A DNA stretch of 59,384 nt, the filler included, from Nemertoderma westbladi (taxonomy: Eukaryota > Animalia > Xenacoelomorpha): assembly GCA_032718475.1 (NCBI GenBank). It is 3 parts of 3 records of this genome, joined end to end, with 100 filler letters (N's around TTAATTAATTAA, not from the genome) between each part and the next. Parts side by side here need not be neighbours in the genome. Positions count along the whole stretch, not along the records: positions 20,918 to 46,389 come from JAUCBJ010006150.1; 2 more parts are not named here. One strand, written 5' to 3'. Position 1 is the stretch's first letter; every line of letters starts with the position of its first letter. The position numbers and the translations under genes are program-made. This document shows positions 27,093-39,253 of the stretch, one piece after another. Under the pieces are notes generated by a model, which worked only from the letters and a program-made list of their open reading frames with translations, was not told the origin of the DNA and searched no databases.

Positions 27093-27524
27093 CTTTTAGT
27101 ACTGGAATACCCGAACCTTCACTGCTACTGCTGATGCAGCTACTACTAGTACTACTTAATTCTAAGATACGGTTTTGAACCCTTTGGTAGTATGAATATC
27201 TATGCCAATGCTGAGTAGTACTAATTTGTTTCCTTGAGTATCATTGCATTTTACGCTCAAATTAATAATAATAATATTAGTTTTCTAACACTAATAACCA
27301 ACACTATAACTAACAGTATAATATGTGCGGAGTACCGAGTCAATAGGTCCTATGTAATGTATGAGGTAGGTTGAACTTTGAGTATCATACTATGTCCTCC
27401 ATATACTGTCCATTATATGGTATATACAATTATTGTGGTAGAAACTGGGCCAGGAATTCAAGTAAGCGTTCCATTATCAAGTATCAACCATTATTCAAGT
27501 AAGCGAACCTAAAATTCAAAAATA

Positions 27525-27604
27525 TACTACTACTACTAGGATCGGCATGCTGCATTGCAGCTGCATTTTTAAGAATGCTGTACCGGCTTATCGACATAAT
27601 TGCA
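27525..27604 (-). mobile_element. ~80-bp 5'-truncated RTE LINE stub
   Basis: Nearly identical to the 3' end and (TAG)n tail of the RTE at about 55608-55695. Confidence 0.9.
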
Positions 27605-27611
27605 CAATATA

Positions 27612-29618
27612 CAGTCGGGGTCTCAAAGTGCATCTGTTCTTTGAGATTTTCTCAAAGAACTAAAAGTGTCTCAAATTTCTAAAAGTGGTCCAAGAAAATG
27701 ACAAAGTGCCCTCAAAGATTTCAAAGTAGTACTGTCAGTCATTTCATACAGTCCTGCCTGAAGCTGGCTATGGTATGGGATATATTGACTTTGACTACTA
27801 AAGGGTAAAATATAAGTAATAAAAACATCTATGAAACAATAAAGATGCCTCCGAAAAATACTGCAGTAATAAATATTTGTTACTGAAAGTAAGAATTAAA
27901 CTTACTGCAGTAATAAAAAATTGTCTTTTTCGGCAGTAACAAATAATTTGTTACTGCAGTAGAAATTTTTATTCAATTATTTATTAATATTGATTACTGC
28001 AGTATTAATTTTTATTCAATTATTTATTAATTTATTAATATTGATTATTGCAGTAATAAATATTTGTTACTGCAGTAATAAATATTTGTTACTGCAGTAA
28101 TAAATATTTGTTACTGCAGTAATAAATATTTGTTACTGCAGTAACTAATATTTAATACAGCAGTATTTTTTGTAAGTATTTTTATTTTTTCATAGAGGAT
28201 TTTATGAATTCATATTTGGACTCTTTACAGACGCCATAATTGCGGGCTATCGGAATGTGTTGGTATTTGTGTCAGACAGTTTGTCTGTTGCCCTATCTAT
28301 ATTAATGTATAGTGCTAAAACTGTACTGTTGAAATTTGTTTAGCCCACGTGAACGCCGAATACCTTTACCAATGCATTTCAATGGTCAACCAGCCCTTCT
28401 TTGCCGCACTGTAAATTGTGTTATACAAAGTAAAGAATAACGATAGAGGCAGGAATAAAGATAAATGATTCAAGCGCACTAATTGGCTGTTCCCATAGAT
28501 GTTTTAGGCATTGTTGGTGCGCAATGCATATGGTCAGAGCGACCGCCCAGTCTGCCAAAATCTATTATGTAATCAAATGGTACCACAAGCCAAGCAAAGC
28601 ATGTGACAGTTCTTTCCGACTCTGCACCTGTTTGTTTGAAGGTCGCCGACCGCGGGTCGCTACTCACTAGCTGTGATTGATAGTTTAAACTGGGTGCCGC
28701 TTTGCCAGAAGGCGGTACACATCAATTGAATATGAGGCAAACATTTAAAATATGCTCAAATATAAACGCCAGTGGCAGGGGATATTTTAATATCTCTATT
28801 AAGCTAAAACAACACAAGATTGTAGCCGTTCTATCGTACTTGAAAGTCGAAAGCCTTTCTTAGTTTTTAAGAAGGAATTCTCGCGCTCTCGTCAACATAG
28901 TTATCATATTAATTAAACAGTTAAGGTAGTACGGTTTGACCTCAGGTGACTAATGAAATGAATAACAAATGTTATTACAAGCTTTCTCCCAACAGGGCTT
29001 CTTAAGGTCATTATAATGAAACTGCGTATACACAGATAAACTACAGTGCAGTTTCTCTTATATTAATTATTAATCTGATATTGTATTATGTTATTAAAAT
29101 ATTCAATCTTGTCAAGCATTAATCTTGTTTCACTAATTATGTTTCATGTATTATTTGAATGAATGTTTTTTAGAAAGACTTTAGGGTGCCGTAAATTCAA
29201 TTTGTACTTGCGACCGAAAACCCATCCCATAATGACCTCAGGAACCTCAATTTGATAAATTAATGGGAATATAGCTTCTATGCAACAACTGGCCAGCACA
29301 CAAGTATCACTTTGTTGCCTGCATAATATTGTTCCCCGAGAATGCCTCTGCCTCTCAGTTAACTTACCACGAGCTGTCAATCAGGAATACCCCAGAGTTT
29401 ATTTTCTCAAAGAATTAAAAGTGCCGCAAACTACCTCAAAGTGACATTTCTCAAAGAATTCAAAGTGCCTAAAAGCAGGAAATCACTTTGAGATTCCCAA
29501 CTAAAAGTGTCTACAAGAATTCAAAGGGGCCGTTGGGAGTAATGTAATGACTTTTAGACACTTTTAGAAAAACTTTGAGAAAATCTCAAAGAACAGATGC
29601 ACTTTGAGACCCCGACTG
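27612..29618. mobile_element. 2.0-kb non-autonomous TIR element flanked by TATA
   Basis: ~46-bp TIR CAGTCGGGGTCTCAAAGTGCATCTGTTCTTTGAGATTTTCTCAAAG; subterminal (T)CAAAG/AAAGTG repeats; absent from the paralogous site near 35005. Confidence 0.92.
27826..28197. mobile_element. Foldback-like MITE nested in the 2.0-kb element
   Basis: Imperfect inverted ends TCTATGAAA.AATAAA.. / ..TTTATTTTTTCATAGA with internal 22-bp TACTGCAGTAATAAATATTTGT tandem units. Confidence 0.7.
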
Positions 29619-31140
29619 TATACTACTAAAATAACTACAGTAATATATCATAACTGGGATATGGACCATGATACTAAAATTATAATAAAACTATAGGAAC
29701 CTATAACACTACTATTATATAGAATACTGGACGTTGGTACTGCAGTATTCATGTAGCAAGATCTGATGTAAGTTTTAATTACTCCTGCTATACCAGCATG
29801 AAAACACCCGGACAGTAACAATTAGTGCTGTAAAACCATTAACTAATAAACATTTTTTCAGAATTCAGATACCGGAATTAAGACACTATATTCTGCCCCC
29901 CTGGAGATGACAGAATGATGGATGTATACAGTTAGGTAATTAAGTAGAATGGAATATCCCTATTTCAATTTATTATAGAAAGAATTTGATATACCTTCGT
30001 CCATCTGATTTAATATATTAATTAATGCAGTATATAATGCAATAATGATGATACTAACCATCAATTCCAGAATAAATCAGGATCAGCACGCATTATTTTC
30101 TTTCCTCTTATATTATTGCCCAACTGGTTCACAGATGTCATAGCTCTTGCCTCTTCTTTGTCAATATTAGGAAAACGAGCCAGAAGAGAGAAGAGCATTT
30201 CTAAATCTTTCTGAGCGTCCCGGTGACATTTCGTCGTCTGATTCCTTTTCCACATCAGGTTCTCTCTTCTTCTCTTCCACCTAATTAATTAGAAAATATT
30301 ATACTACAGATCTTCATAATTTTCGAATTCCTAGTTTCCTTGCTTTCGTTCTCAGGAAACTTGCCCCACGATATCGCCATTGACATCGTAGGTGATGAAT
30401 CCGTGGGCGAGTCTACTGGGTGGGCTCTTTTAGTTGATGTTGGTGTGGCCGTGGCAGATGTAGCAGGAGAAATTTGAGGTGACTCTTCGGATGCAATTGA
30501 CGATGTCTGTGTTGTAGGCATCATTAATTCGTTGTTATGTTCGATGATCTACAAAAGATAAATTTGCTTAGTTAGTATTATCACCCTTACTTTACTCCCT
30601 ACTACATAATCTAGCAGATGAAAAAGCTTCAAAGCTGAAAAAGCTTCAAAGCTGAAAAAGCTTTAAAGCATAGAATTAATTAATTGTTTAAATTCAGGTG
30701 GTATAAATGTCCTGTAAATAAAAGTAGAACATTTATTCTTTCGATACCATAGCCGTTATATGAAATATACGGTGCATTTAATTAAAAACAGGTGCACAAA
30801 TTAATATAATTATTAATTATTAAGTATACTTCTACTGTATATCATACTGCTGGCTGTAATAGTTCTAGTGTCTTATACAATACAAAATAGTCAAAAAGCT
30901 GAATCCAGTCAGCACAATAGTTTTCTATCTGGCCCGGGATATTTTTACCCCCCCCCCCCCCCCCGCCCCCCATCCCGGGCCAAATAGGGTTAATGTACCA
31001 AATAACAGAAACAACTGAAAACGCTGTATAAAACTATTAAAGCTACAACAACCAACATAATCATGGATCCTAGCAATGTTTATGGGAATCCGTATGGGAA
31101 TGTGTATGGGAATTATGCATATCACACACCCTCCGTGATG

Positions 31141-32265
31141 TTATAGATTATAGATTTATTTATACACTATGTAAAAAACAGTAAAAAATACACCAAACAA
31201 TGTACCGGTATAAAGGTATTGTCCAACATAACATAGGATTACCCCTAAAGCTTTCCAGCTTATTTCCAAGGGGGTCCTTTATGTTACTTGGTTACAAATA
31301 TAATATTACACTACGCTAACCTAAAACCAATATAAAACGTAATTACACTATGTACATGTACAACTTTACCGAGAGCGTGACAATGCCCGACTCAACGATA
31401 AAGATGTAATGTACAGAACAATTTATTATAAAATTTAATATATATAGTATTTAGTAATTACAGTATAAATAGTAAATAATTAATAAACTAATAACTTACT
31501 GTAGGACTATTGTACCTATTTTTACATTGCACATGGAGGTGAGATTTAACTGCAGATTTAAAAGAATGTTGATTATTTAGGTTTTTAATTTCATTAGGCA
31601 GAGCGTTCCAATTTTTAATGCCGTTAAAAAAGAAAGTATCAGATTCAAAGGATTTACAATTTGGGAGGTAGAAGTTTGAAGCACTATTATTTACCATTAT
31701 ACACTTTAAGCACATGGTTAAGGCGTAGCTGCTTAACTCTACTATCTAAGTTAAGTAGTCCAGATTCAGAAAAGTCATCTGGAGTTAGGTGGTGCCTAGG
31801 TTTGTAGTCTTTAATAAATCGTACTACTTTATTCTGAGCTACTTGTAATTTACATTTAAGCTGTTTGGTTAAGCCTTCATACCAAGAAGAGCATGCATAG
31901 TCCGCTATTTTTATTTCTGTATAGAAACCTAAGCCTACTGTTAACTTTCGAAAAAATATTTTTCACTATCCTTTCTCCTGATAAGCAGTTATCCAATGTG
32001 GCGCCTAAATATTTAACTTCCTTTTTATTTCCAATCTTATGTCCATTACTAGTGACTTCAAACTTAGTTACCTTCTTTAACTTTCTTTTGGAACCAAACA
32101 AAATACTTTCAGTCTTACCGTAGTGAATGGATAGCTTATTATCAACCAACCACTCATTACAGGATTCTAGAACTGCACTTAACTTTTGGGAAATATGGAT
32201 AGGATCTTTATGAGAGAAAATAAGAGCACTGTCGTCGGCATATAAAAGGAGTTTAAAATCGGGAT
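31141..32265 (-). mobile_element. 5'-truncated CR1-group (L2/Crack-like) LINE, copy 1
   Basis: LLYADDSALIF, WLVDNKLSIHYGKTESILFG, VKYLG, WNALP..IK; 3' end AATAAA followed by TCTATAA repeats. Has a deletion near 31903 relative to copy 2. Confidence 0.88.
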
Positions 32266-33989
32266 CTAAAATCTGTTGAACATGAATTTGTATTGAAAGG
32301 GGTTAATATGGATTGTAAATAAACTTACCTTGTAGGTGAATCCTTTAGTGGAACTCAGGCCTTTAACCCCCATATGTCTTTACCTGTACTTTACTTATCT
32401 CAATGAAGTCGGCCCCCTTACCAACAAACTCCAATTCCCCCCAAATTGTTAGAACTGTCGATGACGAGTGATCAGGTCACGGAGGCACACCTCCGTAATG
32501 CTACCTTTCCGTTTTTCCCCGGAACAGGTCGGGGTGGTGCAACGTCCATTATCCATGCGTATATAAACTCTGTAATAAATAAAATGTTTTGGTTATATTA
32601 TATCAACTTATCTCGTTCTTATCATCGAAAGAGCAAATTGATCGTCTAATTCTTCACAGTAATTGAAACACGATAACACTGCTTTCTTAAATAAAAGTGA
32701 TTGCTTCGATGATTTTTTATAGAATTTTTAATTCAGATTTTTTATGTGTTCAAATGATATTAAGCAACGTTTATTTCAATCCTATTGTACGCCAATGTAT
32801 ACAGCTCACTTATGGTGCAATTTTAGAGTTTCTCTTGTTTGTCGCATATTTGTTTCTGGACTGAAACCATACTCTTAAGTGACTTGTTCATAGACTTTAG
32901 AAGGGAGATGGCAGTCCCCTCACCCCCACTACCTGTCTCCATCCCTGCGATTTCTGCTACATCTTCTTCAACTCCAGCAATGGCATTGTTCAGAACTGGG
33001 TCTTGGTGGTTGGGGAGTGGGGACATTTTCATTATCAATATCAAAACCCATAGGATGATCATCTGAATGGGCAATAGATAGAGGGACCAAATACTGCAAA
33101 GAACTACCGATATCACCAGTAGCACCTGGACTGCTGTTTCCAGAAACTGTATGATTGAATGAATGGACCAAATTATTGAGAAAAGATGATTTCTGATCTA
33201 CAATAGAAGTTTTTGATCTAGGTACATACATTTGGAGCCACCATTCTTTAATTTAAATTATAGTAAATGGCATCAGCATCAGTCCCAACATGGAATTCCT
33301 AAGGGTTTAATTCATCCAGGTTAAGGTCACCATGATCATCGAGTTACTCGTAAGGATTGCGTAGTTTTGGTCACTTTTGCACACCCAGCCGATTGAATTT
33401 GGAAAAAAAAGTTTTTCGACCCGCCCTAATGTACATTACAGTGTAGGTTATCTAATTGCTGACCCATTTGCAATTCTAATGTTGCGCTATAGCAGGCCAT
33501 CGTCTTGTGCACAGATATGCCACTGCACACTGTGATATGAATAATGGGAGAGAAACAAACTTACCTTAGTAGTCTAAGTCAGTCAGTGCAAAATCTACGC
33601 CAGCTTTAAAGCCTACTGATGCCACAACTACCGGAGCTTAGCAGTTCTCTGTACCTGGCCGCTGGCCTTAGTTATGTATTAATGTGACTGACAATAAAAA
33701 TAGTACAAAATGGGATCAGGGACACTGGATATGATAGGATACCGAAACGGATTTTCGTTTTTGTTACTATTAGCAGATTAATTTGACTTCGAAATTGAAT
33801 TTTTGAATTTTATTCCATAAATAATGGCCTAGGTACAGCATTGTTTATATAATTTAGATCTTCAGAACATGTTTGATATTATCTTGTATATTTGTGGTAT
33901 TAATAAAAATAATTAAACGCATATTTAATATTAGTTAATACAAGTAATTAAATTATATAATCAAATATCCATATACATATTTTTTGTTG

Positions 33990-34250
33990 GCGAAAATTTA
34001 GTACCAGTTGGCGTGCTACACGTGCAAAATATACTCAGTTCAGCACTCAGCCAGAGTAGATAGGTAATGCAGATAATACAGGTAATACAGATAGATGGGG
34101 GGAAACGGGACGCAATAAAAATTCATCCCTCTCCAGGGGAAATTCGACGCAACAGCTGAATACTCTCAAAAATAAAACTGTAAACTGTTCTATTGTGTTG
34201 AGTTTATTGTTTTGGTTAAAATAATGTACCACTGTAACCTGCTCCTTTCC
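33990..34250 (-). repeat. Dispersed repeat family beginning GAAAGGAGCAGGTT
   Basis: Related copies at about 2085, 24893 and 53562 (+) and 22400-22648 and here (-), sharing AACCAAAACAA.AAAC and, in most copies, TTTC(C/G)C(C)TGGA motifs. Confidence 0.65.
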
Positions 34251-34923
34251 CTAAATTGATAATTTAACATTGAGGCGGGATATTAAGATCCTGTGCCGAA
34301 TTTAATGGAGATTTAAAATACACAAGCATTTTTTCAATTGTATACGGCAATTTCATCACAAAGGCACCCAAGATAAAGTAAAGATATTAATAATATGGCT
34401 AAAACGATATTTTTCATGTATACAGTATTTTAGGAAAGATGTAAAATTTCGAATAATTCTCGAAGTATTTCTCGAACAATTCTGACTGAAATCAGTTAAA
34501 ACATGGAACTAATGCCGGAAGGCTGTTGATTAATCAGCAAAATTGTCGCCTTGAGTATTATCAATGGGTTTGGTGGCCCATACTCATTAACCCTTTCACT
34601 TTATGTTAGCATTGTCAGCTAATACTTCAATCAGTGATATTCCTGAGGAGGATATTTGATATGGGGCTTCCCAAATCCAGTATTTCATTTGATGATAAAG
34701 TTTCATTTGTTACAATATTAGCCTGCCATGTCATTATTAGTATAGGTCCTATGTAATGTATGAGGTAGGTTGAACTTTGAATATCATACTATGTCCTCTA
34801 TATACTGTCCATTATATGGTATATACAATTATTGTGGTAGAAACTGGGCCAGGAATTCAAGTAAGCGATCCATTATCAAGTATCAACCATTATTCAAGTA
34901 AGCGAACCTAAAATTCAAAAATA

Positions 34924-35003
34924 TACTACTACTACTAGGATCGGCATGCTGCATTGCAGCTGCATTTTTAAGAATGCTGTGCCGGCTTATCGACAAAATT
35001 GCA
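34924..35003 (-). mobile_element. ~80-bp RTE LINE stub (duplicate of 27525-27604)
   Basis: Matches the RTE 3' end; flanked by TSD-like AAAATATACTACT / AAAATATATACTACT. Confidence 0.9.
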
Positions 35004-36500
35004 AAATATATACTACTAAAATAACTACAGTAATATATCATAACTGGGATATGGACCATGATACTAAAATTATAATAAAACTATAGGAACCTATAACACT
35101 ACTATTATATAGAATACTGGACGTTGGTACTGCAGTATTCATGTAACAAGATCTGATGTAAGTTTTAATTACTCCTGCTATACCAGCATGAAAACACCCG
35201 GACAGTAACAATTAGTGCTGTAAAACCATTAACTAATAAACATTTTTTCAGAATTCAGATACCGGAATTAAGACACTATATTCTGCCCCCCGGTAGATGA
35301 CAGGATGATGGATGTATACAGTTAGGTAATTAAGTAGAATGGAATATCCCTATTTCAATTTATTATAGAAAGAATTTAATACCTTCGTCCATCTGATTTA
35401 ATATATTAATTAATGCAGTATATAATGCAATGATGATGATACTAACCATCAATTCCAGAATAAATCAGGATCAGCACGCATTATTTTCTTTCCTCTTATA
35501 TTATTGCCCAACTGGTTCACAGATGTCATAGCTCTTGCCTCTTCTTTGTCAATATTAGGAAAACGAGCCAGAAGAGCGAAGAGCATTTCTAAATCTTTCT
35601 GAGCGTCCCGGTGACATTTCGTCGTCTGATTCTTTTTCCACTTCAGGTTCTCTCTTCTTCTCTTCCGCCAAATTAATTAGAAAATATAATACTACAGATC
35701 TTCATTATTTTCAAATTCCTAGATTCCTTGCTTTCGTTCTCAAGAAACTTGCCCCACGATATCGCCATTGACATCGTAGGTGATGAATCCGTTGGCGAGT
35801 CTACTGGGTGGGCTCTTTTAGTTGGTGTTGGTGTGGCCGTGGCCGATGTAGCAGGAGAAATTTGAGGTGACTCTTCGGATGCAATTGACGATGTCTGTGT
35901 TGTAGGCATTATTAATTCGTTGTTATGTTCGATGATCTACAAAAGATAAATTTGCTTAGTTAGTATTATCACCCTTACTTTACTCCCTGCTACATAATCT
36001 AGCAGATGAAAAAGCTTCAAAGCTGAAAAAGCTTTAAAGCATAGAATTAATTAATTGTTTAAATTCAGGTGGTATAAATGTCCTGTAAATAAAAGTAGAA
36101 CATTTATTCTTTCGATACCATCGCCGATATATGAAATATACGCTGCATTTAATTAAAAACAGGTGCACAAATTAAAAAAAATACTGAAACAATATAATTA
36201 TTAAGTATACTTCTACTGTATATCATACTGCTGGCTGTAATAGTTCTAGTGTCTTATACAATACAAAATAGTCAAAAAGCAGAATCCAGTCAGCACAATA
36301 GTTTTCTATCTGGCCCAGGATATTTTTACCCCCCCCCCCCCCTCCCATCCCGGGCCAAATAGGGTTAATGTACCAAATAACAGAAACAACTGAAAACGCT
36401 GTATAAAACTATTAAAGCTACAACAACCAACATATCATGGATCCTAGCAATGTTTATGGGAATCCATGGTGGGATCGCATATCACACACCCTCCGTGATG

Positions 36501-37641
36501 TTATAGATTATAGATTTATTTATACACTATGTAAAAAACAATAACAAATACACCAAACAATGTACCGGTATAAAGGTATTGTCCAACATAACATAGGATT
36601 ACCCCTAAAGCTTTGCAGCTTATTTCCAAGGGGGTCCTTTATGTTACTTGGTTACAAATATAATATTACACTACGCTAACCTAAAACCAATATAAAACGT
36701 AATTACACTATGTACATGTACAACTTTACCGAGAGCGTGACAATGCCCGACTCAACGATAAAGATGTAATGTACAGAACAATTTATTATAAAACGTAATT
36801 ACAGTATAAATAGTAAATAATTAATAAACTAATAACTTACTGTAGGACTATTGTACCTATTTTTACATTGCACATTTAGATTTAAAAGAATGTTGATTAT
36901 TTAGGTTTTTAATTTCATTAGGCAGAGCGTTCCAATTTTTAATGCCGTTAAAAAAGAAAGATCAGATTCAAAGGATTTACAATTCGGGAGGTAGAAGTTT
37001 GAAGCACTATTATTTACCATTATACACTTTAAGCACATGGTTAAGGCGTAGCTGCTTAACTCTACTATCTAAGTTAAGTAGTCCAGATTTAGAAAAGTCA
37101 TCTGGAGTTAGGTGGTGCCTAGGTTTGTAGTCTTTAATAAATCGTACTACTTTATTCTGAGCTACTTGTAATTTACATTTAAGCTGTTTGGTTAAGCCTT
37201 CATACCAAGAAGAGCATGCATAGTCCATGTGACACCGTATTAAAGAAGAGCAAAGTAATTTGCGGGAGTCAGTGTTTAAACTATTTTTATTTCTGTATAG
37301 AAACCTAAGCCTACTGTTAACTTTCGAGAAAATATTTTTCACTATCCTTTCTCCTGATAAGCAGTTATCCAATGTGGCGCCTAAATATTTAACTTCCTTT
37401 TTATTTTCAATCTTATGTCCATTACGAGTGACTTCAAACTTAGTTACCTTCTTTAACTTTCTTTTGGAACCAAACAAAATACTTTCAGTCTTACCGTAGT
37501 GAATGGATAGCTTATTATCAACCAACCACTCATTACAGGATTTTAGAACTGCACTTAACTTTTGGGAAATATGGATAGGATCTTTATGAGAGAAAATAAG
37601 AGCACTGTCGTCGGCATATAAAAGGAGTTTAAAATCGGGAT
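36501..37641 (-). mobile_element. 5'-truncated CR1-group (L2/Crack-like) LINE, copy 2
   Basis: ORF 37010-37525 with KVNSRLRFLYR...CHMDYACSSWY..L....KLQVAQNK; YADD upstream; same breakpoints as copy 1. Confidence 0.9.
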
Positions 37642-39253
37642 CTAAAATCTGTTGAACATGGATTTGTATTGAAAGGGGTTAATATGGATTGTAAATAAAC
37701 TTACCTTGTAGGTGAATCCTTCAGTGGAACTCAGGCCTTTAACCCCCATATGTCTTTACCTGTACTTTACTTATCTCAATGAAGTCGGCCCCCTTACCAA
37801 CAAACTCCAACTCCCCCCCAAATTGTTAGAACTGTCGATGAGGAGTGATCAGGTCACGGAGGCACACCTCCGTAATGCTTACCTTTCCGTTTTTCCCCGG
37901 AACAGGTCGGGGTGGTGCAATGTCCATTATCCCTGCATATATAAACTCTGTAATAAATAAAATGTTTTGGTTATATTATTCCGTTTTTCCCCGGAACAGG
38001 TCGGGGTGGTGCAATGTCCATTATCCATGCGTATATAAACTCTGTAATAAATAAAATGTTTTGGTTATATTATATCAACTTATCATCGTTCTTATCATCG
38101 AAAGAGCAAATTGGACTTTCCCAGGATGAAGAGTGATATTATGTTCACGACACCTTTGTAGAAAATTGCGTACTCCAGCAATGTGTTGCTCCAGTGTGTC
38201 ATGGTAAAAGAGAACATTGTCTACTATCTTTAAGATAGGGGGGGATCAAATCCCAACATTAATGGATTCCAGTTTGGACCACTTAGACCTGTTCTAGCAT
38301 GTGAATGGAATTTCTGGTGCAAATGTTTTCGAAAAATATTGAGAATTGGCAACTTCATGCCATTTTTTGTAAATTGTGTGATTTACCGGAAAAATGCAAT
38401 AGAAGTACATTTCACTGTAATCGTTCCACTGCCTGTTTTGACACTTCCAGACATTGTATGAACTCCATTTCAGTCTCATTTAAACTACAATGGGTGATTC
38501 AGTGTGTGTGTGTGTATTAGGGTGGGTCATAAAATGTAAAAGTTATGCAATTGCTCCACAAGTTGTACCAGTGAGGAGGCTTGGAGTGAGATGGAAAAAT
38601 ACCAAAAATTAAATAAAATGAAGCACCCCTTGGGGGTCCTCCAACAGGTCACATATTGTGGCTAGAGAGTGGTTTTTTCATTAAATAAATTATCGACTAA
38701 TTTTAAAGAATATTATGTTTATGTGCTCAGAATTAGGTTTCTTGACCACAAACACGATTAGTAACGTTTCCAACATCCCCAGTTGCCTGGACGACATTTT
38801 ATTGGACGACAATTTGTACTGAGTGAAGAGCTTATCTGGGTGGGAAATTCAAAAATGATTTAGTCTTACTTTCAGCATCTTGACTTTTTGGTGATGTGAC
38901 GTACAAAGCTATATTCATCATTTCAAATACCGGTAGGCCTATTGCTATTACATGTATCAAACGGTTACAACCGTGGATAAATCCGCTGCTACTTAAAGCT
39001 ACTTAACAGTTGTAAGGAAAATAATCACAATTATTTACCGGTATTATATTAAAGTTGAACAAATTAGACTTTTTGGTGATGTGACGTACAAAGCTATATT
39101 CATCATTTCAAATACCGGTAGGCCTATTGCTATTACATGTATCAAACGGTTACAATCGTGGATAAATCCGCTGCTACTTAAAGCTACTTAACAGTTGTAA
39201 GGGAAATAATCACAATTAATTACTGGTATTATATTAAAGTTGAACAAATTAGA

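Larger units (their letters stand above)
27343..38112. repeat. Local direct segmental duplication: about 27343-32632 versus 34742-38112
   Basis: Highly similar colinear sequence; copy 1 has the 27612-29618 insertion. About 22260-22648 also recurs at 33841-34237, and a ~100-bp piece occurs at about 21465, 30837 and 36218. Confidence 0.93.
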
